Part shown: one piece after another, positions 8,757-18,495 of the stretch | Layout of the letters: each line of letters opens with the position of its first letter | Numbering within the stretch: the first letter of the stretch is position 1 | Source of the DNA: Escherichia coli | GTDB taxonomy: Bacteria > Pseudomonadota > Gammaproteobacteria > Enterobacterales > Enterobacteriaceae | DNA length: 64,000 nt | Assembly: GCF_024502345.1 (NCBI RefSeq) | Contig: NZ_JALDNN010000001.1 | Reading direction: 5' to 3' (one strand) | Translations under genes and position numbers: made by a program | The notes under the pieces: generated by a model | What the model saw: only the letters and a program-made list of their open reading frames with translations | Database searches by the model: none | What the model was told of the DNA's origin: nothing

Positions 8757-11111
8757 ATGCTTTTTATGTCATCAACTAATTTCAGTCAGATCGCAGCCTT
8801 CCTGTGGTCTGTCGCCGACCTGTTACGCGGCGATTTTAAACAATCCCAATATGGGCGAATTATTCTCCCTTTCACTCTTCTTCGTCGTCTGGAATGCGTA
8901 CTCGAAACAACGAAAGACGCGGTCATTGCCGAGGCGCAAAAAGTAAAAGCCATGAAACTGCCGGAGGAAGCCCAGGAGAAAATGATCCTGCGGGCGACTA
9001 ATGGCCTCACGTTCTTTAATGCCTCAGCAATGGATCTCAGCAAAATGGGGCAAAATGGCATACAGGACAACCTGGAAAACTACATCCAGTCGTTCTCTTC
9101 GGATGCCCGCGAAATTTTCGAACACTTCAAGTTCAGCGAGTTTGTCGGACAGCTGGCGGATGCGAACTTACTGTTCAAAGTGGTGCAAATATTCGCTAAA
9201 GCAGATTTATACCCGGAGCACGTCACCAACCACGATATGGGGCTGGTATTTGAGGAGCTGATCCGACGTTTTGCCGAGAGTTCTAACGAAACCGCGGGGG
9301 AGCACTTTACCCCGCGTGATATCGTCAATCTGACCACCTCGCTGGTGTTTTTCGATGATGATGACGCGCTCAATAAAGACGGCATCATCCGCACCATTTA
9401 CGATCCAACGGCAGGAACCGGCGGCTTTCTCTCCTCCGGCATGGAGTTCGTCCACAAACAAAACCCCAATGCCGTGATGCGCGCGTTTGGTCAGGAGTTA
9501 AACCCGGAATCCTACGCCATCTGTAAAGCCGACATGCTGATTAAGGGCCAGGACGTCAGCCTTATCAAACTCGGCAACACCCTGTCCAACGATCAGCTCC
9601 CCGCAGAAAAATTCGATTACATGCTTTCTAATCCACCTTTCGGCGTGGACTGGAAAAAGATAGAAACCGACATCATCAACGAGCACAAACTCAAAGGTGC
9701 CGATGGTCGATTTGGCCCCGGCCTGCCCCGCGTCTCCGACGGTTCGTTGCTGTTTCTGCTTCACCTGATCAGCAAAATGCGCGATGCCAAAAGCGGTGGC
9801 GGGCGGATCGGCATCATTCTTAATGGTTCGCCGTTATTCACCGGCGGTGCAGGAAGCGGTGAAAGCGAGATCCGCCGCTACATTCTGGAAGCGGATTTGC
9901 TGGAAGGCATTATCGCCCTGCCCACCGACATGTTTTACAACACCGGTATCGCTACCTATGTGTGGATTTTGTCGAATAAAAAAGCGCCAGAACGCAAAGG
10001 CAAAGTCCAGCTTATTGACGGCAGCAACCTGTGCGGCAAGATGCGTAAATCGCTGGGGTCAAAACGCAATATTCTCGGAGACGAGGATATTGGTTTAATC
10101 ACCCGCACGTTTGGCGATTTCGAACCCGTTGCCACCACCACGCTTGCGGCGTTAGGCCTGGAGAAAGCACCTGAACAAAAATCCAGCCGGGGACGCCAGC
10201 CCGCAACAACCAAAACCGAGGCGGCAAAAACCTTTGCCAGCAAAGTCTTTCACAGCACCGAGTTTGGCTATCGTCGCATCACCGTTGAGCGCCCGTTACG
10301 CCTGTCGGCTCAGATCACCGATGACGCCATTGCCACATTACGCTTTGCGCCGAAGCCGTTTAACGCGCCGATGGCACAACTGTATGACGCCTTTGCTTTC
10401 CAGTGGCAGGACGGTAATTACGGCGACTTAACAGCGCTAGAAAGTGAAGCCCGCGCCATTCTTAAAGCCGATTTTAGCGAGCTGAAAGAGAAGCAAATTA
10501 AAGATCTGCTCGACAGCAAATTATGGCTGGCCCAGCGCGGATTAATGGAAAAAGCGCGGCGTATTCAGGCGGCGATGGGTATGCAGGCGGGCGGCAAAGA
10601 CACCGTTAGCAATAACTTTAATCTGTTCCAGTTGACGCTGAAAGAGGCGTTCAAAACCGCAGGCGTGAAGCTGGATGCGAAAGAGAACAAGCAGTTTATC
10701 GATGCCATCACCCGCAAAAACCCGGATGCCGAGCCGGTAATCAGCAAGGTACTGAAAGAGGCGGCCCAACCGCTGTATGGCGCGTGTGAGTACAACGGAA
10801 AGGTTGTGGAGTTTGAACCGGATGGCGACCTGCGCGATAACGAGAATGTACCGTTAAATCCGTCTGTATCTACCAGCGAGTTGATCGAGGGTTACTTCAA
10901 AGCAGAAGTGTTGCCGCACGTTGCGGATGCGTGGATTAACGCCGATAAGCGCGATGCGAAAGATGGGGATATCGGGATTGTGGGGTATGAAATTCCGTTT
11001 AATCGTCATTTTTATGTTTATCAGCCGCCAAGGCCGCTGGAGGAGATTGATGCGGATCTGGATGCGGTAAGCGCTGAGATTATGAAACTGTTGCAGGAGG
11101 TACATTCCTGA
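8757..11111 (+). CDS. hsdM: Type I restriction-modification system DNA methyltransferase subunit HsdM (long form, about 780 aa)
   Basis: NPPFG catalytic motif ([12 protein letters not shown]), AdoMet motif region ([10 protein letters not shown]), HsdM-like N-terminus ([31 protein letters not shown]). Alternative start at 8766 (MSSTNF) has better RBS spacing. About 270 aa C-terminal extension beyond a typical HsdM. Confidence 0.85.
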   Translation: MLFMSSTNFSQIAAFLWSVADLLRGDFKQSQYGRIILPFTLLRRLECVLETTKDAVIAEAQKVKAMKLPEEAQEKMILRATNGLTFFNASAMDLSKMGQNGIQDNLENYIQSFSSDAREIFEHFKFSEFVGQLADANLLFKVVQIFAKADLYPEHVTNHDMGLVFEELIRRFAESSNETAGEHFTPRDIVNLTTSLVFFDDDDALNKDGIIRTIYDPTAGTGGFLSSGMEFVHKQNPNAVMRAFGQELNPESYAICKADMLIKGQDVSLIKLGNTLSNDQLPAEKFDYMLSNPPFGVDWKKIETDIINEHKLKGADGRFGPGLPRVSDGSLLFLLHLISKMRDAKSGGGRIGIILNGSPLFTGGAGSGESEIRRYILEADLLEGIIALPTDMFYNTGIATYVWILSNKKAPERKGKVQLIDGSNLCGKMRKSLGSKRNILGDEDIGLITRTFGDFEPVATTTLAALGLEKAPEQKSSRGRQPATTKTEAAKTFASKVFHSTEFGYRRITVERPLRLSAQITDDAIATLRFAPKPFNAPMAQLYDAFAFQWQDGNYGDLTALESEARAILKADFSELKEKQIKDLLDSKLWLAQRGLMEKARRIQAAMGMQAGGKDTVSNNFNLFQLTLKEAFKTAGVKLDAKENKQFIDAITRKNPDAEPVISKVLKEAAQPLYGACEYNGKVVEFEPDGDLRDNENVPLNPSVSTSELIEGYFKAEVLPHVADAWINADKRDAKDGDIGIVGYEIPFNRHFYVYQPPRPLEEIDADLDAVSAEIMKLLQEVHS

Positions 11112-12385
11112 TGGCAGGGTTAAATAAATATCAGGCGTATCCGGAGTATAGGGATTCTGGGGTGGAGTGGTTGGGGGAGATTCCTGCTCATTGGGAAACG
11201 TTACAGCATAAATACGTCGCATATTATACTAAGGGCAAAAATCCTTCTTTTTTGCTCGATACCCCAACAAAGAACACCCTACCTTATCTTTCTATGGATT
11301 GTTTAAGAAATAACTCCATAGATAAATATGCTATAGTATCTAATGATATTCGTATTGCATTAGAGGGACAACCACTTATTATTTGGGATGGTTCTAATGC
11401 TGGGGAATTTGTCAAAGGCCGAAAAGGTATTTTATCCTCAACGATGGCCTCTGCAACGCTTAATTATCCTTTGCACATGCAATATTACTGGTATTTATGC
11501 ACTGCAATTGAATCTGAAATGCGTAAACATGCAAATGGTATGGGTATCCCTCATGTAAATGGAGAAGAATTAAAGAACATTCATCTAAGTATCCCTTCAA
11601 TAACCGAACAAAAAAGCATCGCTGGTTTTCTTGAATTTGAAACAACGAAAATTTCGAACCTTATAGAAAAACAACAACAACTAATTGAATTACTAAAAGA
11701 AAAACGTCAGGTCGTGATTAGCCATGCGGTCACAAAAGGGCTAAATCCTGACGTGCCGATGAAAGATTCTGGGGTTAAGTGGTTGGGGGAAGTTCCAAAA
11801 CACTGGCACATATGCAAGTTAAAATGGTTTGCTAATTTGAAAAGTGGTGATTTTATAACCAGCAATTCAATAGAACCAGAAGGAAACTATCCTGTATATG
11901 GTGGAAATGGATTAAGAGGATATTATTCTTATTTTACACACAATGGTGAATATGTTCTTATTGGTAGACAAGGTGCTCTTTGCGGAAATATAAATTACGC
12001 AATTGGAAAGTTTTGGGCTTCAGAACATGCTGTTGTTGTCACCCCAAACGAAAGAGCTGTTACAATATGGTTAGGAGAATTATTAAGAATAATGAACTTA
12101 AACCAATATTCAGTTTCTGCTGCACAACCGGGGCTTGCGGTTGAAAGAATTACTGATTTATATATTCCAATCCCACCATATCAAGAGCAAATAAATATCG
12201 GAACTTATATATCTAAATATATTTCTCTAGATAAAAAATTGATTGAGCATAGTACAGATAATATTGAACTCCTCAAAGAACGCCGCACCGCCCTTATCTC
12301 CGCCGCCGTCACCGGCAAAATTGATCTACGCAACTGGACCGCGCCCATCCCCGAAGCGGAAACACCCACGGAGGCCAGCGCATGA
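11111..12385 (+). CDS. hsdS: Type I restriction-modification specificity subunit HsdS (two target-recognition domains)
   Basis: Start overlaps hsdM stop (TGATG). Two repeated conserved segments (DSGVEWLGEIPAHWE / DSGVKWLGEVPKHW) each followed by a variable, AT-rich TRD; conserved central and C-terminal coiled regions (LIEKQQQLIELLKEKRQ / LIEHSTDNIELLKERRTALISAAVTGKIDL). Confidence 0.85.
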   Translation: MAGLNKYQAYPEYRDSGVEWLGEIPAHWETLQHKYVAYYTKGKNPSFLLDTPTKNTLPYLSMDCLRNNSIDKYAIVSNDIRIALEGQPLIIWDGSNAGEFVKGRKGILSSTMASATLNYPLHMQYYWYLCTAIESEMRKHANGMGIPHVNGEELKNIHLSIPSITEQKSIAGFLEFETTKISNLIEKQQQLIELLKEKRQVVISHAVTKGLNPDVPMKDSGVKWLGEVPKHWHICKLKWFANLKSGDFITSNSIEPEGNYPVYGGNGLRGYYSYFTHNGEYVLIGRQGALCGNINYAIGKFWASEHAVVVTPNERAVTIWLGELLRIMNLNQYSVSAAQPGLAVERITDLYIPIPPYQEQINIGTYISKYISLDKKLIEHSTDNIELLKERRTALISAAVTGKIDLRNWTAPIPEAETPTEASA

Positions 12386-15300
12386 GCCACGACATTACAA
12401 AAGAGGTTAACCTGCAAAACGACATCATCGCGCAGATGGTGGAAAAAGGCTGGATTGTCGGCAAAGGTGACGGCTACGACCGGGAACGTGCGCTATACGC
12501 ACAGGATACCTTAAACTTCGTGCAGACCACTCAAACGCAGGAGTGGGAGAAATTCGCCCGCGTTTACCCTAACGACCCAGAGCGCCATTTCCTCGACGCG
12601 CTGGTCGCGCAGCTTAAAAAAGCCGACAGCAACGCCACCGATATCCAGTCGCGCACCTGGGGTACGCTCGGCGTACTTCGCCACGGTCTGAAAATCCGCA
12701 ATGCCCGTTTTTCGCTGTGCCAGTTTAAACCGGAACACAACCTCAACCCGGAAACGCTGGCGCGCTATCAGCAAAATATCTGCCGTATCGTGCCGGAACT
12801 GGTCTACAGCCCTTATGCCTCAAATAGCGTCTTTGCAGAAACGGGCGTGAAAGCCAAAAAATGGCGCATCGACCTTGTGCTGTTTATCAACGGCCTGCCA
12901 ATTGCCACGCTGGAGCTGAAATCCGAATTTAAACAGGCGGTGCAGAACGCCATTGCGCAGTACAAAAAGACCCGCCTGCCGAAAGATCCCGCTACCAATA
13001 AACCTGAACCGCTGCTGGCCTTTAAGCGCGGGGCGCTGGTGCATTTTGCCGTCAGCCAGTATGACGTCTTTATGACCACCAAACTCGCAGGTGACAGCAC
13101 CTTCTTCCTGCCGTTTAACAAAGGCACCAAAGAAGGCGGTGCAGGCAATGAGATCCCCGAAGATACTCGCCGCTACGCCACCGATTATCTGTGGAATGAA
13201 GTGCTGCTGCCGGACAACTTATTAAAAATCCTCGCCAGTTTTGTCCATTTGCAGATTGAAGAAAAAGAGGAGTGGAACGGGCTGAAAGCGAAGAAAGAGA
13301 GCCTGATTTTCCCGCGCTATCACCAGTGGGATGTGGTCAACAAACTGCTGGAGGCTGCGACGGTCGAAGACACCGGCCATAAATACCTGATTCAGCACAG
13401 CGCAGGTTCCGGAAAGTCGAACTCCATTGCCTGGACCGCCCACCAGCTCTCTCGTCTGTACGACGCAAACGGGGAAAAACAGTTCCACTCCGTTATCGTG
13501 GTGACAGACCGCACGGTGCTGGACGACCAGCTTCAGGACACCATCTGGCAGTTCGAACATGCCGACGGCGTGGTCGGGCGCATCAATAACAGAGAGGGCG
13601 ACGGCTCTAAATCGGAAAAGCTCGCCAACGCGCTGGAAAACTCGCAACCGATTATTATTGTCACCATCCAGACGTTCCCGTTCGTATTGAAAGCTATCGA
13701 AAACAGTGTCAGCCTGAAGCAGCGTAAATACGCGGTAATCGCCGATGAAGCGCACTCCTCGCAGAGCGGTTCTACCGCCCGTCAGCTCAAAGAAGTGCTG
13801 ATGAGCGAAGAGATGGATGATGACGTGGTACTGTCGTCAGAAGATATTCTGGATGCGACCATCGCCGCACGGAAAGGTAGCAGTAACCTGAACTACTATG
13901 CCTTTACCGCCACGCCCAAATCCAAAACCCTGGAACTTTTTGGTCGCCGTCCACGTCCCGATGAACCGGCGTCAAAAACCAATAAACCTGAGGCCTTCCA
14001 CGTCTACTCCATGCGCCAGGCAATCGAAGAAGGCTTTATCCTCGACGTGCTGAAAAACTACACCAACTACAAAGTGGCGTATCAGTTGCTGCAAAAGCTG
14101 GAAGATGAAGACCGCGAAGTCGATAGCAAACGGGCGAAGGTAAAACTCAATCAGTGGGTGACACTGCACGACCACAATATCTCGCAGAAGGTGAAGGTGA
14201 TTGTGGAGCACTTCCGCAAACATGTGATGCATCTGCTTGGCGGCCAGGCTAAAGCGATGGTGGTCACCAGTTCACGCAAAGCCGCCGTGCGCTATAAGCT
14301 GGCATTTGATAAATACATTAGCGAGAACAATTACCAGAAAATCAGCGCGATGGTGGCGTTTTCCGGGGAAGTTGAATTCCGGGAAGGCGACCCTAACAGC
14401 CTGGCATTGTTAAACCAGAAATTTACTGAAATAAACATGAACCCCGGCCTGAAAGGACGGGATATGCGCAAAGCCTTCGACAGCGACGATTACCAAGTCA
14501 TGCTGGTCGCCAATAAATTCCAGACCGGTTTTGACCAGCCGAAGCTGTGCGCGATGTACGTGGATAAAGCCCTCGGCGGCGTCGAGTGTGTGCAGACGCT
14601 CTCCCGCCTGAACCGCACCTATCCGGGCAAAGCGGAATCTGGCACTTTTGTCCTCGATTTTTATAATGATCCGGACGAGATCCTCGGCGCATTCCAGCCC
14701 TATTTCCAGACGGCGGAACTGACCGATGTCAGCGATCCGCAGCAGGTATTCGATCTGTTTGAAAAACTGCGCGCCACGCAGATTTTTCAGTGGCATGAAG
14801 TCGAGCAGTTCTGCGAGGCATACTTCATCAAAAATAAATCGAATGCGGCGATCAGTAATATTTGCAAACCGGCGGTCGAACGCTGGAAAAAGCGTTATCT
14901 GATGGCGATAGACGCCTATTTGACCGCCAAAGAGATGTTCGAGCGCACCAAAAAAACGGGCGATACAGTATTAATCACCAATGCGGAAAACAGTTTTAAA
15001 GCCTGTAAGCAGGAGAAAGATCGTCTGGAAATATTCAAAAAAGATCTCGGCAGCTTTGTTCGTTTTTATGAATTTATGTCGCAGATCGTTGAATACGATG
15101 ACAAGGATCTGGAAAAGCTAAGCCTGTTTGCTCGTCATCTGCGTCCGCTGCTGCATGAGCAACGTCTGGAAGATGATGAAATTGATCTCAGTAATGTGGA
15201 GATGAGTCACTATCGTTTATCGAAAATCCATGAGCAAGATTTACGCTTACAGGAAGAAACGCCTGACTATACGCTGGATGCAAGTAATAATATTGGTACG

Positions 15301-15645
15301 GCAAAAGCGAAAGATAAAAAAGAGGAGTTTTTATCTCAGGTGCTTTCTCGGATGAATGAATTATTCATTAGTGACCATTTGACCGACAAAGATATGATCA
15401 GCAATGCTTTTTCGGTGTATAACAAAATAACTGAAAATGAAAATGTTATGACACAAATTAAAAACAATCCCCCAGAACAAGCGATTCTTGGTGATTTCCT
15501 CCAGGCAGTTGATAATGCTGTAATGGACAGTAATGACGCTCGGCAAGAATTCATGTTGCAATATTTATCCGATCCAGCTCGGGCAAAGGGCTTTGCTTAT
15601 CTGATGTTTGATATGCTAACGGGGAAAATTGCTTTGCCAACATAA
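12382..15645 (+). CDS. hsdR: Type I restriction enzyme endonuclease/translocase subunit HsdR
   Basis: 4-nt start/stop overlap with hsdS (ATGA). N-terminal PD-(D/E)xK motif (RIDLVLFINGLPIATLELKS), Walker A (HSAGSGKSNS), DEAH box (VIADEAHSSQ). 1087 aa. Confidence 0.85.
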   Translation: MSHDITKEVNLQNDIIAQMVEKGWIVGKGDGYDRERALYAQDTLNFVQTTQTQEWEKFARVYPNDPERHFLDALVAQLKKADSNATDIQSRTWGTLGVLRHGLKIRNARFSLCQFKPEHNLNPETLARYQQNICRIVPELVYSPYASNSVFAETGVKAKKWRIDLVLFINGLPIATLELKSEFKQAVQNAIAQYKKTRLPKDPATNKPEPLLAFKRGALVHFAVSQYDVFMTTKLAGDSTFFLPFNKGTKEGGAGNEIPEDTRRYATDYLWNEVLLPDNLLKILASFVHLQIEEKEEWNGLKAKKESLIFPRYHQWDVVNKLLEAATVEDTGHKYLIQHSAGSGKSNSIAWTAHQLSRLYDANGEKQFHSVIVVTDRTVLDDQLQDTIWQFEHADGVVGRINNREGDGSKSEKLANALENSQPIIIVTIQTFPFVLKAIENSVSLKQRKYAVIADEAHSSQSGSTARQLKEVLMSEEMDDDVVLSSEDILDATIAARKGSSNLNYYAFTATPKSKTLELFGRRPRPDEPASKTNKPEAFHVYSMRQAIEEGFILDVLKNYTNYKVAYQLLQKLEDEDREVDSKRAKVKLNQWVTLHDHNISQKVKVIVEHFRKHVMHLLGGQAKAMVVTSSRKAAVRYKLAFDKYISENNYQKISAMVAFSGEVEFREGDPNSLALLNQKFTEINMNPGLKGRDMRKAFDSDDYQVMLVANKFQTGFDQPKLCAMYVDKALGGVECVQTLSRLNRTYPGKAESGTFVLDFYNDPDEILGAFQPYFQTAELTDVSDPQQVFDLFEKLRATQIFQWHEVEQFCEAYFIKNKSNAAISNICKPAVERWKKRYLMAIDAYLTAKEMFERTKKTGDTVLITNAENSFKACKQEKDRLEIFKKDLGSFVRFYEFMSQIVEYDDKDLEKLSLFARHLRPLLHEQRLEDDEIDLSNVEMSHYRLSKIHEQDLRLQEETPDYTLDASNNIGTAKAKDKKEEFLSQVLSRMNELFISDHLTDKDMISNAFSVYNKITENENVMTQIKNNPPEQAILGDFLQAVDNAVMDSNDARQEFMLQYLSDPARAKGFAYLMFDMLTGKIALPT

Positions 15646-15710
15646 AAATACGTTAATAGCCGGGGTCGCACTTTCTACCCCGGCCATATTATTTACAATA
15701 AGGAATAGCT

Positions 15711-16424
15711 ATGCTGAAGATGATTAAAGATTTTAAATTCAAAAAATACATTAAAAAATTACGTGAAGAAGGTTTGTTATTTTATGTTTCTTTCGGGTTT
15801 ATATTTACATTGTTAATGGAAGTTGATGATCGATTACCGTACTATCTTCAACAAGACTTCTTTTTTTATACACTTATAGGATTTATGCCAATCAATATAT
15901 TCTTTGTTTTGATTTGCACATATATATTTTTCAATGCCGTCCATGCGCTTATTTCACCATATAAATTTCAAAGAATTGGTGAGAAATTCCTCTCTGAACT
16001 TGATAAAAGAACACAACAAATTGGCTTTATTATTTCATTCATATGTTTTGGCATGACTTTGTTTTGTGCACTGGTGTGGTTGCTGTTTTTTGAAATGAAT
16101 ACTGAAAGTTACTACGCAAAATATACATTAAATTTTTTAGCTGCTTTTATCATTATGATTATAATTTCTTCAGTAGTTAATCCAGTAATGAACAGAACAT
16201 TCCAAAAAATGAAGGAATCGGACTCACATGGAAATTCAAAAATAATTCTTATAATTATAATCATTATATTGTTGCTATTATTACCAATTGCGTGCATTAT
16301 CAATAAAAATAAAACAATTGAAATCAATATTAAGAAAGAAACCTATCAGCAAATAAAAGAAAAAACAAAGATAAAACCAGAAGATTATATCAAAAAATTG
16401 ATTACTGATATTAAATTCAACTAA
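15711..16424 (+). CDS. Hypothetical AT-rich integral membrane protein (about 4 predicted TM segments, Lys-rich termini)
   Basis: 237-aa ORF 65 nt downstream of hsdR with AAGGAA RBS; strongly AT-rich; hydrophobic stretches (FYVSFGFIFTLLM, IGFMPINIFFVLICTYIFF, IGFIISFICFGMTLFCALVWLLFF, NFLAAFIIMIIISSVV, ILIIIIIILLLLLPIACII). No recognisable family. Confidence 0.6.
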   Translation: MLKMIKDFKFKKYIKKLREEGLLFYVSFGFIFTLLMEVDDRLPYYLQQDFFFYTLIGFMPINIFFVLICTYIFFNAVHALISPYKFQRIGEKFLSELDKRTQQIGFIISFICFGMTLFCALVWLLFFEMNTESYYAKYTLNFLAAFIIMIIISSVVNPVMNRTFQKMKESDSHGNSKIILIIIIIILLLLLPIACIINKNKTIEINIKKETYQQIKEKTKIKPEDYIKKLITDIKFN

Positions 16425-16428
16425 TATC

Positions 16429-16463
16429 TATATGTACCCTGGTTTCTTCCAGGGTACATATAA
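16429..16463. terminator. Perfect hairpin between the membrane-protein gene and convergent yjiS (possible bidirectional terminator)
   Basis: tatatgtaccctgg-tttcttc-cagggtacatata inverted repeat; no clean U-tract on the plus strand. Confidence 0.35.
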
Positions 16464-16499
16464 AAAGTTAATATCCTGATTTATTCTCAACATCCTCTA

Positions 16500-16664
16500 T
16501 TACTCCACATCCTCCCTGCTTAACCCAATATCCCTCAACCGTTCATCACTCATCTGCTGTAACACTCGTCGGGTCTGCATTTGCCGCCGCCAACGCCTCA
16601 CCGCATGCCAGAGTTGCACAAGTCTGATAAACGGCGTTTTGGCTTTGTTTTCGTGAAATTCCAT
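16500..16664 (-). CDS. yjiS: DUF1127-family small protein YjiS
   Basis: 54-aa ORF below the track cutoff, read by hand: MEFHENKAKTPFIRLVQLWHAVRRWRRQMQTRRVLQQMSDERLRDIGLSREDVE, GAGGAGG RBS upstream; conserved position next to yjiR. Confidence 0.6.
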   Translation of the reverse strand: MEFHENKAKTPFIRLVQLWHAVRRWRRQMQTRRVLQQMSDERLRDIGLSREDVE

Positions 16665-16840
16665 CTGCTGCCTCCTCATCTTTCAGAGGCTTCATCATCC
16701 GTCTTCTGGCAGTTCACAATACAGATGCAAATATTAGTTTTATTTAACATACAGACAGGTTAAAACAGCATCTGCATCCGGTTTTTTAGCCTCATCTGTA
16801 CCGGTTTTTCTCTCTGTATGGTCCAAATAAGGAATACAGC

Positions 16841-18253
16841 ATGACGCGTTATCAACATCTGGCAACTCTGCTTGCCGAGCGGATTGAGCAAGGGCTGTAT
16901 CGTCACGGGGAGAAATTGCCGTTGGTGCGCAGCTTAAGTCAGGAGCACGGCGTCAGCATCAGCACCGTGCAGCAGGCGTACCAGACGCTGGAGACGATGA
17001 AGCTCATCACTCCGCAGCCGCGTTCGGGTTATTTTGTCGCACAACGTAAAGCCCAGCCGCCTGTACCGCCGATGACGCGTCCGGTGCAGCGCCCGGTGGA
17101 AATTACCCAGTGGGATCAGGTGCTGGATATGCTGGAGGCGCATAGCGACAATTCCATTGTTCCGTTAAGCAAAAGCACGCCGGATGTCGAAACGCCCAGC
17201 CTGAAACCGCTGTGGCGTGAGCTAAGCCGGGTGGTGCAGCATAATCTGCAAACCGTTCTCGGTTATGACTTGTTAGCCGGTCAGCGAGTGTTGCGGGAGC
17301 AGATTGCCCGCCTGATGCTCGACAGCGGCTCGGTGGTCACCGCCGATGACATCATCATCACCAGCGGCTGCCATAACTCGATGTCGCTGGCGTTAATGGC
17401 GGTGTGTAAACCGGGCGATATTGTCGCGGTCGAATCTCCCTGTTATTACGGTTCGATGCAGATGCTGCGAGGCATGGGCGTGAAAGTGATTGAAATCCCA
17501 ACCGATCCAGAAACTGGCATCAGCGTTGAAGCACTGGAACTGGCGCTGGAACAGTGGCCGATTAAAGGCATCATTCTGGTGCCAAACTGTAATAATCCGC
17601 TGGGATTTATTATGCCGGACGCACGCAAACGGGCCGTTCTCTCTCTCGCTCAGCGTCATGATATTGTGATTTTTGAAGATGATGTCTACGGCGAACTGGC
17701 AACGGAGTATCCGCGCCCGCGGACCATCCATTCATGGGATATCGACGGGCGAGTGCTGTTGTGCAGCTCGTTCAGTAAAAGTATTGCTCCAGGCCTGCGC
17801 GTGGGTTGGGTCGCACCGGGGCGTTATCACGATAAACTGATGCATATGAAATACGCCATCAGCAGCTTTAATGTGCCGTCCACGCAAATGGCGGCGGCAA
17901 CGTTTGTGTTGGAAGGCCACTATCATCGCCATATCCGGCGGATGCGGCAGACTTATCAGCGCAATCTGGCGCTTTATACCTGCTGGATACGGGAATATTT
18001 TCCCTGCGAAATCTGTATTACGCGCCCGAAAGGCGGATTTTTACTGTGGATCGAATTGCCTGAACAGGTCGATATGGTCTGCGTCGCGCGGCAGCTGTAC
18101 CGCATGAAAATCCAGGTGGCGGCAGGCTCGATTTTCTCGGCTTCCGGCAAATACCGTAATTGTCTGCGCATCAACTGCGCTTTGCCGCTCAGCGAAACCT
18201 ATCGCGAAGCACTAAAGCAAATTGGCGATGCCGTGTATCGGGCAATGGAATAA
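16841..18253 (+). CDS. yjiR: MocR/GabR-type GntR-family transcriptional regulator with aminotransferase-like domain (YjiR)
   Basis: 470 aa; N-terminal winged HTH (LPLVRSLSQEHGVSISTVQQAYQTLE) plus a large PLP-fold domain (FSKSIAPGLRVGWV). Confidence 0.9.
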   Translation: MTRYQHLATLLAERIEQGLYRHGEKLPLVRSLSQEHGVSISTVQQAYQTLETMKLITPQPRSGYFVAQRKAQPPVPPMTRPVQRPVEITQWDQVLDMLEAHSDNSIVPLSKSTPDVETPSLKPLWRELSRVVQHNLQTVLGYDLLAGQRVLREQIARLMLDSGSVVTADDIIITSGCHNSMSLALMAVCKPGDIVAVESPCYYGSMQMLRGMGVKVIEIPTDPETGISVEALELALEQWPIKGIILVPNCNNPLGFIMPDARKRAVLSLAQRHDIVIFEDDVYGELATEYPRPRTIHSWDIDGRVLLCSSFSKSIAPGLRVGWVAPGRYHDKLMHMKYAISSFNVPSTQMAAATFVLEGHYHRHIRRMRQTYQRNLALYTCWIREYFPCEICITRPKGGFLLWIELPEQVDMVCVARQLYRMKIQVAAGSIFSASGKYRNCLRINCALPLSETYREALKQIGDAVYRAME

Positions 18254-18370
18254 ATTCGAATTAGTGCCGAGGCCCCTGATTTACTCTCACGAATAACCTG
18301 TGACTCGTTTTATCTTTATAGCGACATCGCCACGTTCCGGCATGGCTTAGGCAAAGTGTGCTTCGTTCAT

Positions 18371-18475
18371 GCCAGATGCCATGTGAACGCCTTACCAGGT
18401 CTACAAAATATTAAAAGTTCAATATATTTAATGGATTATGTAGACCTGATAAGCGTAGCGCATCAGGCTGCTTTG
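18371..18475. repeat. REP/BIME-type palindromic repeats
   Basis: gccagatgcc...gccttaccaggtctacaaa / tgtagacctgataagcgtagcgcatcaggc palindromic units. Confidence 0.4.
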
Positions 18476-18495
18476 CGTTTGTCATCAGCCTCTGA

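Noticed and set aside
13222-13755. 177-aa minus-strand ORF inside hsdR
   Set aside because: Antisense to the helicase core of hsdR, which carries clear Walker A and DEAH motifs.
16581-16763. 60-aa plus-strand ORF between the membrane-protein gene and yjiR
   Set aside because: Overlaps the better-supported minus-strand yjiS reading frame (good RBS, conserved DUF1127-like sequence).
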